DNA of 64,000 nucleotides from Terriglobia bacterium (GTDB lineage: Bacteria; Pseudomonadota; Alphaproteobacteria; Acetobacterales; Acetobacteraceae): positions 6,537 through 70,536 of the forward strand of contig JAIMBF010000003.1 in assembly GCA_023511585.1 (NCBI GenBank), read 5' to 3'. The position numbers were made by a program, and so were the translations under genes. This document shows, one piece after another, positions 55,080 through 62,103 of the stretch. How positions within the stretch are numbered: position 1 is the stretch's first letter; the number at the start of each line of letters is the position of its first letter. A model generated the notes under the pieces. It was not told the DNA's origin, ran no database searches, and worked only from the letters and a program-made list of their open reading frames with translations.

Positions 55080-55300
55080 CTCGTAGCATGCGCACGATGT
55101 CCGGCGCTGCTCGCGCTGATTTCTCACGCCTTGCGTTGTACCGGCCGATCTGCCACCCTATTCGTCGGACCTCAACCGATCGCGCAGGCCTTCCCCAAGA
55201 TCAAACACTGGATGCGCTCCGCCCGGAAGCGCACCGTCGAGGACGCCTGGCGCCACATCGGCAACCTCGTCCAGGGCGATGCCTCGCCCAACAGCAAGGC
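55080..55300 (+). mobile_element. Degraded C-terminal fragment of an IS630-family transposase gene
   Basis: ADLPPYSSDLN in one frame continues as PIAQAFPKIKHWMRSARKRTVEDAWRHIGNLV in another (frameshift near 55160). This matches the LPPYSPDLNPIEQAF.KLK region of IS630 transposases. There is no N-terminal part, and the fragment begins right after the helicase stop. Confidence 0.55.
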
Positions 55301-55500
55301 ATTGCCTGGTCTGATAGTCTTGAGTCTTTCGGGACGGCGTCGGACGGAGGCAGCCGCAGAGGTGAGAAGTTCCCTCCCTTCCCCCTCCATTGCGTCACCC
55401 TCATAACGCATCACGGCCAATCCATAGCCGGTTCTATCCGGGCGAAGCAGTATGTCGGCGAGAGCCCCGACGATGGCGGCGATCGCGGAAGCAACGGCCG

Positions 55501-56028
55501 TCAAAGGCGCGCCATCGCGCTCAGCTCATCCCAGCCCGAAGCAGCCGGAGGCTTGGCGAGAAGGCGAAACACTTCACTTAAAGGCATGTCGTGATGCTTG
55601 GATCGCGATTGGGGAACCGCTGTCGAATAAGGAGATGTCGGTTCCCGCGGGATTGCGTGTTCGGACCTTGGCGACGCTTCGCTCGTGAAGGCCGCGGGGT
55701 CTGGCCCCTTTTGCGGAGCCGGCGGGGTCTGCCATCCCCCCGTTGGCTCGCGGTCAAGTCGCGGTTCGACTGGGCTGCTTGCCTGAGGCTCAGTCGCAGA
55801 GGCGGAGAGTTCGGGGGCAACCGTCGGTTGGCGTTGCGCTGCAGGCGAAGCCACGCCGGTCTGTCCCGCTGTGGGCAAAGCCCGCGCGACAAGGGGGAAG
55901 ACTTCTGCCATTGACGTTTCGTCCTCAGAGGCTGTACCGACGCGCAGCCCGAAGTTCCGATAACCGAGTGAAGGAGCGCCGAACGAAACCGCCGCGCGCG
56001 TTACATCGTTGTCTTTGTCAGTGCTCAT
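55501..56028 (-). CDS. Pro/Ala-rich protein, possibly a short CcpAx/BcsH-like cellulose-complementing protein
   Basis: 175-aa ORF 26 nt downstream of the GH8 gene on the same strand. It is low-complexity and P/A/S-rich, with two copies of a (M/L)(A/S)EVF..L(V/L)A motif (SMAEVFPLVA, PLSEVFRLLA). CcpAx carries a similar MAEVF motif as I recall it. Confidence 0.4.
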   Translation of the reverse strand: MSTDKDNDVTRAAVSFGAPSLGYRNFGLRVGTASEDETSMAEVFPLVARALPTAGQTGVASPAAQRQPTVAPELSASATEPQASSPVEPRLDREPTGGWQTPPAPQKGPDPAAFTSEASPRSEHAIPREPTSPYSTAVPQSRSKHHDMPLSEVFRLLAKPPAASGWDELSAMARL

Positions 56029-56054
56029 TGCGCTTTATCCTCCTCGTACTGCGC

Positions 56055-57257
56055 TTAAAGACCCCTCCAAGAAAGATATGTTAGCACGATAAGCGCAGCC
56101 GAGTAATAATCTGTCTGCGCATTGATAGTCGGGAGCTCCGCAGGCGGCACCGAAGCGCTGGCCAGCTGTTCTCCGTTTGCGCGTAGGAAAAAGTCGGCCA
56201 CGGCTTGAATACCCGGAGAGGCCGGATAGGGCGCAATCTCGCCGGTGCAAAGGTCCACCCACGCCGGGTGAAAACCCGGTTTTTCATTCCAATAAGCGGT
56301 AAAGGACGCGCGCAGCCCGGGCACGGTGAGTCCTGCCTCGGTCAAATAAAGGAGAACGCGAATGGCATCGTAGGAAAACCGCGCCGGCCAGCGCGGTGCC
56401 GGGGCAAGGGTCCCGTCGCGCCGGGAAATGCTAAGCCAATCCGGCGGCAGCTGCCAGCGCCCGAAACGCCCTTCCTTGATCAGGGCATACCCGTCGGTCT
56501 GCACACGGCGGAGGCGTGCCGAGGAAATGAGGGTATTGATTTCGGCCAAAGCACGAAATGCATAATAGGAAGGATTGATGATGACCGCATCCGTCGTCTC
56601 GAAGCCGCGCAGACCCGGCAACAGCACCATGCGCTGCCCCACCTGCCGCGTCAGCAATCGATCGATGTCGTGCGCAATCGCACGAGCTGCTCGGATCAGT
56701 TCGGGGCGGTGCCAACGCCGCCCGGCACGGCTTAACGCGGCGGCAATCATGATATCGCCATCGGTCGCGTTGTTCGGGTCTGCGACGGGATCGGCGGCGG
56801 CGGGATCGTAGCGCCACATGTGTAGCGCGTTATCATCCCGCCGGAGATGCGAAGTCGTCCATTCATAGATGCGACGAAAAGTTTCCGCATCCCCGAAGGC
56901 TTCGGCAAAGAGCAGCCCATACCCCTGGCCTTCGCTGTGCGAGATACCGCCTTTTCCGGTATCGATCACACGGCCGTCAGGGGTAATGAATCGCTCGCGA
57001 AAAGCCACCCATTCCGTGTAACCGGTATCGGTGACCGTGGGCTCTTGCGGAGCAAGGTCCGCTTGCCCGCTTGCCAAGGTCTCATCCGAGTTGGACGGCG
57101 CCGGCGAGTCTTGTGAGTCATCAGCCGCTAATACCGTTTCCGCGCTACTCCATTTTTGAAAAAGTCGCGGACCGATAAACGGGGCCAACACGACAAGCCC
57201 TGCGAGCGTCAGCACGGGGCGGCGGCCGAAGAGAGGAAACGGGACAAAGCGGGGCAT
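56055..57257 (-). CDS. bcsZ: Glycoside hydrolase family 8 endo-1,4-beta-glucanase (BcsZ/CMCax-like)
   Basis: From MPRFVPFPLF (ATG 57257), with a signal-anchor segment. GH8 motifs SEGQGYGLLFA and NATDGDIMIAAAL. Confidence 0.85.
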   Translation of the reverse strand: MPRFVPFPLFGRRPVLTLAGLVVLAPFIGPRLFQKWSSAETVLAADDSQDSPAPSNSDETLASGQADLAPQEPTVTDTGYTEWVAFRERFITPDGRVIDTGKGGISHSEGQGYGLLFAEAFGDAETFRRIYEWTTSHLRRDDNALHMWRYDPAAADPVADPNNATDGDIMIAAALSRAGRRWHRPELIRAARAIAHDIDRLLTRQVGQRMVLLPGLRGFETTDAVIINPSYYAFRALAEINTLISSARLRRVQTDGYALIKEGRFGRWQLPPDWLSISRRDGTLAPAPRWPARFSYDAIRVLLYLTEAGLTVPGLRASFTAYWNEKPGFHPAWVDLCTGEIAPYPASPGIQAVADFFLRANGEQLASASVPPAELPTINAQTDYYSAALIVLTYLSWRGL

Positions 57258-57643
57258 AATCGGCCTCAAGCGTTTCTGGCAATTAGCCAAGGGGACAATC
57301 CGCCCGTTCACGATCCTCTCAAAAAACAAACAATGTCTTAATGCTGGAAACCGTTCTACAAATAAGATACGACTACGTGATGCAAAGGCACAGAAACGAC
57401 GCGCATATTTCGACCACGTAATAAAAAGATTGAAGCGCATTTTTCGCCTAATCGTTGAAACGAAAACCTTCAATAGTCTCTAACTCATCAATTCCGTTAG
57501 CAACCAAACTGCTCTCCTTATAGCATAAGACGAAAACAAATCACGTTTGAAGTCAACCGTTCTCTATCGCCGCGTCTCGCTATTTTTGTGATGCGTCAAG
57601 CTATTGTAAGGCAATATTAAAAATAATGAGAAAAACCGCAGAC

Positions 57644-57666
57644 GCAGCCGCCGTTGTCGCGGCTGC
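57644..57666 (-). terminator. Possible terminator hairpin after bcsD
   Basis: gcagccgc-cgttgtc-gcggctgc (8-bp GC stem). On the minus strand a T5 run follows after 8 nt. The spacing is not ideal. Confidence 0.3.
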
Positions 57667-57703
57667 CGGGTTGCGTTCGATATTTATTTGCACTGTAAAG
57701 CAT

Positions 57704-58189
57704 CTAGTGCTGCTTGTAAGCAAGCACAATCGTGTCGCCCGCCGATAATTGTTGTATCTTCGCAGCAAGATTCGGGTCACTTCCAGGCTGTGCGGCCATC
57801 CAGGCTGTATAAAGCCCCTCCAGCAGACAGGAAAGCCACGTGCCCGGCGGCGTCCCTGCGGAGCCGATGCGTGGCAGGCCGACATGGACGATGCGCAGCG
57901 TCCGCGCTTCTTCGTCGAGCAGTAACCGCACGCTGCCCCACCCGCTCTCGGCCAACGCATCGTTCATTTCCATTTCGAGCGCACCGAGCGTGCGCGCCGG
58001 CGGAAGCGGCAGAAGCGCAGCCATACCGCGACCGACACGCCGCAACAGATCGTCACGCGCTGTAACCCCAGCTACGGCATCGATCTGCTCAGCCAGCGGG
58101 CGCAAAAAAAGCCGCCAGTGAACCGATCTGGCGCCGGCGGAGTGATGGGCATAATGAGACTGTAGCGATTCCTTCAGTGCAGTATCCAT
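57704..58189 (-). CDS. bcsD: Cellulose synthase subunit D
   Basis: 161 aa with RDDLLRRVGRGMA ... LRIVHVGLPRIGSAGTPPGTWLSCLLEGLYTAWM. This closely parallels Komagataeibacter BcsD (LRIVHENLPQVGSAGEPSGTWLAPVLEGLYGRW) as I remember it. Confidence 0.85.
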   Translation of the reverse strand: MDTALKESLQSHYAHHSAGARSVHWRLFLRPLAEQIDAVAGVTARDDLLRRVGRGMAALLPLPPARTLGALEMEMNDALAESGWGSVRLLLDEEARTLRIVHVGLPRIGSAGTPPGTWLSCLLEGLYTAWMAAQPGSDPNLAAKIQQLSAGDTIVLAYKQH

Positions 58190-61100
58190 TATTGGTTCCC
58201 GTTAAAGATGACACGAGCATAGACAAGGGCGGACGCCTCGTTCCAGTTCGCGGTGCGTTGGAAGCTCAGGCTGCCTCCGATCGCAAGACCGGTGGAAATT
58301 TGGTATTCGCCGGAGCCGTGCACGCCGCCGATGACGCCGGTTACGGTCTGCCCCGGTACGAAGGCGAGAATGGCCGGGTTTAGCGAGTGGATGTTGACGA
58401 GCTCCGCCTGTAGCACCGGATCGAGCGGGAAAAAGGCGTTCGAATCTTCGGTAAATGTCTGATAACCGATCGAGCCGCCGATCGACCATGTCAAATTGTC
58501 GAGTTTCTGACGATAGGTAACAGGTATCAGCCCTCCATAATAGCTCTGCGGGCTGAAATAACCGCCGCCGCCCAACGTGAAGAAATAGAGGTTTTTGTCA
58601 TAGCCGAACCCGAAAAGATCAAGTCCGACGCGTAGCTCGTCAGTGGCTCCACGATAGACGGCGTAGGAGGCGCCGGCGTTGAATTCCCATTCCGTATTGC
58701 GTTCCACGTTCTGGCCGGTCAGCATGTCATAACCGCCGCCGACATAAAAATTCGCCAGCCCGGGAGTGTATTCGAGCTGGATGTGCCCGCGGGCGCGTGT
58801 CACGCCGCCCCACACGGCCCCGGTTCTGGGGTCACGCAAGCCGGCATAGGAGAGCACACTGTCCGTTACCGGCCTGTCCTCGGCCGTCACTCGCAGGCGC
58901 AGTGTGTCGGTCAGCAACGGCGAGAGCTCGATGCCGCCGATGGGATTTACGATCCGAAAACCGACCGGGGTCGCGCCGACATCGGCCTCCAGCCATCGCC
59001 AATCGTATCGGATGCCGGCGCCGATGCCGCTTGCCTGGACGAGGCCGGGATTGGGTGTGGCCGGGCTACCGGCGAAAAGCGCCAAGGTACCGAATCTATC
59101 CAAATTATTGGACGATATAGTCCCGGCGTCTAGATATGTCGGCGTGACGGTCAGTTTCAGATGCCCCACGCCGCCGGGTGAGAACGTCGCTTCCACCGGC
59201 GTCATGAGTTCGACAAGCTGATCGAGCCCAGGCGTTCCGCTGCGTTGGTACACACCAAACCCTGTTTGCGCCTTGGGGGCCACTTCCTGCTCGAGCTGCA
59301 CGATCTGCTGATCGATCTCGCTGAGTATCGGGTCGTTGCCTATGCTTCCGGCCATCGCGTTGAAGTCCGGGTTAAGCGGCAGCGGGGCATAGGCGGCATT
59401 GCGCCGGAACGGATTTTCCGCAACCGGAGGTGAGGCATCCGTGAGGTAAGCGCCGTTAGTTGCTAGGGCAAGCCGCTGGGGCGGCGCCGTTTCCATCGGC
59501 ACCGTCGGGGAACTCGGCGGGTCCGGGGTGTTCCGTGACATTCCGCCGGGGCCGAGGCTCGCGCCGGCAGTCCGCCGGTCGGGGGCGAGCTGTTGCAGGC
59601 GGAGATTCCGTGCCGTCCGGAGCGCCCGCAGCGCAGCGCCGTCATTCCCCTCTGCGCGCGCCACACCGGCAACGATCATGAAGGCACGGGGATCTGTGGG
59701 AAACAGCTTTGTCCCCTCATCCGCCCAGCGTCGTGCCCGGCCCAGTTCCCCGGCCGCAATCGCGGCGTCGACGGCGGCCTGCCTCACACTGAGATTTTGC
59801 GGGTCCCGCTGCAACAGCGCCTCATCGATGGCCAAGGCTTTCCGCGGCTGCCGCTGCGCAAGATAGAGCCGCGCCAACGCCATATTTAAGTCCGGATCGG
59901 TCGGATTTCGCGCGAGCGCCGGGGCAAGTTGATCATACGCGTCGGCAAGGTGCCCCTCTTGACTGAGCGTATCCGACATGCGCACCGCCGCGCCGGTGCG
60001 GAGCTGCGCGACCGCGCGCGCCTGATCCGGCGTTAGCGCGGCCCCGTCCAAACCTCTCAGCAAGGCGGGCACCTCTGCCGCTTGCCCGGCCTCCAGCAAC
60101 GCTCCGGCATAGGCAATCCGTTGCGCAGCCGTCGGCTGGGGCGTTGCGGCGAGCGCTGTATTCGCGGCTTCGCGGGCACCGACTTGGTCGCCTAGTCGCG
60201 CGAGAGCACGAATCACCTCCGCACCGCGAAAGCCTTCCGGGTCCGATTGGGCAGCCAGAGCAAGCAGCCGTGCGCGCGCAATTTCACGGGTGTTGCTGGC
60301 GACAATCCGCCGCACATCGTCTTCGAACGCGACGCGCGCGACAAGCGCATTCATATCGGGCGTTCGCATGCCCGGCGGCAAACGACCTATCAGGGCTGCG
60401 GCCTTTGGGAGATCATTGGTCTCCATAGCGAAATAAGTCGCCGCCTCGATCGTCTCGGTCGACGGCTGCGGTGCATTCAGCGCCTCTGTCCACAGTGCCT
60501 GCGCTTCCGCCTTGCGGCCTTGCTTTTCCAGGACGCGCGCCAGATCTAAACGAATCCAGGGGTTATTCGGATCGCTCGCCAGCGCAGCACGGTAGAGCCC
60601 CACTTGCGCTGAAGGATCGGCTTGTTGTGCTTGTTCACGCAGCAACTGCGCCCGCGCACGGCGTGCCGCCGCGCCGGAGCTGACCGTTTCCGCTTCGGCG
60701 TAAAGGGCCTCAGCCTCGCGTGCCCGTCCCTCACGAGCCAGGACCCCGGCAAGGCCGATCAGTGCCGGGCCCGATTTCGGCTCTATCGCGAGAGCCTGGC
60801 GATAGCTTGCCTCGGCCGCTTGCAACTTCCCCTGGCGCTGTTGCAGATCCGCAAGCAGCAGAAGCGCGCCGGCATTGGGCTTTGCGCCCATGAGCCGGCG
60901 GAGTAGCGCCTCGGCCTCGGCGGTGCGCCCCTGCGCCGCCAGGCTCTTTACCTCGGCCCATCGAATGCCGCCCCTCGTCCCCTCCAGCGCGGCCTGCCAT
61001 TTTGCCTTCTCCGCCGGCTTTGCCGCGATCGCCCGTTGCAGCAGCGAGCGCCCCTCGTCGATACGCCCCTGTCTCAACCGTACAAGGCCCAATCCCCCAA

Positions 61101-62103
61101 GGGCGTCGGAATCCTGAGCGTCCCTATCCAACGCCGCCTGGAACAGGCGCGCCGCTTCATCAAGCCGACCCCGCCGGAGCGCTTCGAATCCGGCCATGCG
61201 GGCCCGCCCGGGATCACCGCTTTTGGCAGCCAGTTCCGGGTTACGGGCCAGATTCAGGAGGTTGCTGATTGCCGTGTCCCCAGGAAAACGTTGCAGATAC
61301 GCCTCATACAACGGAACGCTGCTGCTGGTCTGGGGCAACCAGGAAAGTGCCTGGCGAAGCGCCTTGCGCACCGCGTCCGCGATCGGTGGCTGATCGGACA
61401 GAGCCAGCAGACGCCGAATACCCTCGACCCGTGTCGGCTCGCGGTAAGTCAGTATCTGGGCGTACGCGAGCTGAGCTCTGAGGTCTTGCGGGTTGTCCCG
61501 TATCACCCGAGACAGCCCCTGTCGCGCCTCATCCCACCCGGTTTCGGTCCCGGCAAGGGTCTCGTAGTACTCCACCGCCAGATCGTTCTGCGGTACGAAG
61601 TCATGAAAAGCGCGGCGATAGGCTGCAATCGCTGCTGCCGTCCGGCCCTCGCTGGCCAGGCGGCGCGCTTCGGCAAGTGCGTCTTTGTCAACCGGCCCCG
61701 CCTGGACCAAAAGCGCGAGCGTGGCGATCCGCGGATCCTGGGGCGCGACTTGCCGCAGCCGGGCAAGGGCCTCTTGGGCCGACGCCCGTTGCCCTCTTTC
61801 GCTTTCGATTTCGACGAGAGAGGCGAGTACGTCCGGGTTGCCAGGATCTAATCGTAGAGCGCGATGCAACGCCTCCACCGCCGCTTGCAGCTGGCCCGTC
61901 GCGCGCCACAGCTTCGCTTGCTTGAGCAACACTGCGATCGCGTTCTGCGGGGATGGCGGAGGATTAAGCCCAGCCGTCGCGGCCGCCGGGTCAGGCTTTT
62001 GCGCCTGGGCGGGGGAATGCATTGCGAACACAATTGCCGTCGAAGCGACGAGGGCGGCGCGCGAAATGTGACGGCTGAGACTCAACCTTACCTCCCTCCT
62101 CAT
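58189..62103 (-). CDS. bcsC: Cellulose synthase operon protein C (TPR-rich periplasmic scaffold plus outer-membrane beta-barrel)
   Basis: 1304 aa. It has a signal peptide, about 900 aa of TPR-like Ala/Leu/Arg repeats, and a C-terminal Gly/Tyr-rich beta-barrel ending ..YARVIFNGNQ. It overlaps bcsB by 4 nt and bcsD by 1 nt. Confidence 0.9.
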   Translation of the reverse strand: MRREVRLSLSRHISRAALVASTAIVFAMHSPAQAQKPDPAAATAGLNPPPSPQNAIAVLLKQAKLWRATGQLQAAVEALHRALRLDPGNPDVLASLVEIESERGQRASAQEALARLRQVAPQDPRIATLALLVQAGPVDKDALAEARRLASEGRTAAAIAAYRRAFHDFVPQNDLAVEYYETLAGTETGWDEARQGLSRVIRDNPQDLRAQLAYAQILTYREPTRVEGIRRLLALSDQPPIADAVRKALRQALSWLPQTSSSVPLYEAYLQRFPGDTAISNLLNLARNPELAAKSGDPGRARMAGFEALRRGRLDEAARLFQAALDRDAQDSDALGGLGLVRLRQGRIDEGRSLLQRAIAAKPAEKAKWQAALEGTRGGIRWAEVKSLAAQGRTAEAEALLRRLMGAKPNAGALLLLADLQQRQGKLQAAEASYRQALAIEPKSGPALIGLAGVLAREGRAREAEALYAEAETVSSGAAARRARAQLLREQAQQADPSAQVGLYRAALASDPNNPWIRLDLARVLEKQGRKAEAQALWTEALNAPQPSTETIEAATYFAMETNDLPKAAALIGRLPPGMRTPDMNALVARVAFEDDVRRIVASNTREIARARLLALAAQSDPEGFRGAEVIRALARLGDQVGAREAANTALAATPQPTAAQRIAYAGALLEAGQAAEVPALLRGLDGAALTPDQARAVAQLRTGAAVRMSDTLSQEGHLADAYDQLAPALARNPTDPDLNMALARLYLAQRQPRKALAIDEALLQRDPQNLSVRQAAVDAAIAAGELGRARRWADEGTKLFPTDPRAFMIVAGVARAEGNDGAALRALRTARNLRLQQLAPDRRTAGASLGPGGMSRNTPDPPSSPTVPMETAPPQRLALATNGAYLTDASPPVAENPFRRNAAYAPLPLNPDFNAMAGSIGNDPILSEIDQQIVQLEQEVAPKAQTGFGVYQRSGTPGLDQLVELMTPVEATFSPGGVGHLKLTVTPTYLDAGTISSNNLDRFGTLALFAGSPATPNPGLVQASGIGAGIRYDWRWLEADVGATPVGFRIVNPIGGIELSPLLTDTLRLRVTAEDRPVTDSVLSYAGLRDPRTGAVWGGVTRARGHIQLEYTPGLANFYVGGGYDMLTGQNVERNTEWEFNAGASYAVYRGATDELRVGLDLFGFGYDKNLYFFTLGGGGYFSPQSYYGGLIPVTYRQKLDNLTWSIGGSIGYQTFTEDSNAFFPLDPVLQAELVNIHSLNPAILAFVPGQTVTGVIGGVHGSGEYQISTGLAIGGSLSFQRTANWNEASALVYARVIFNGNQ

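Noticed and set aside
55172-55504. 110-aa minus-strand ORF starting (TTG) right after the Pro-rich gene, with a hydrophobic N-terminus TAVASAIAAIVGALADILL
   Set aside because: Most of it is antisense to the IS630 remnant and it has a non-ATG start. At best the first ~40 codons are the stub of a bcs-associated gene truncated by the IS, and I cannot support that from sequence alone.
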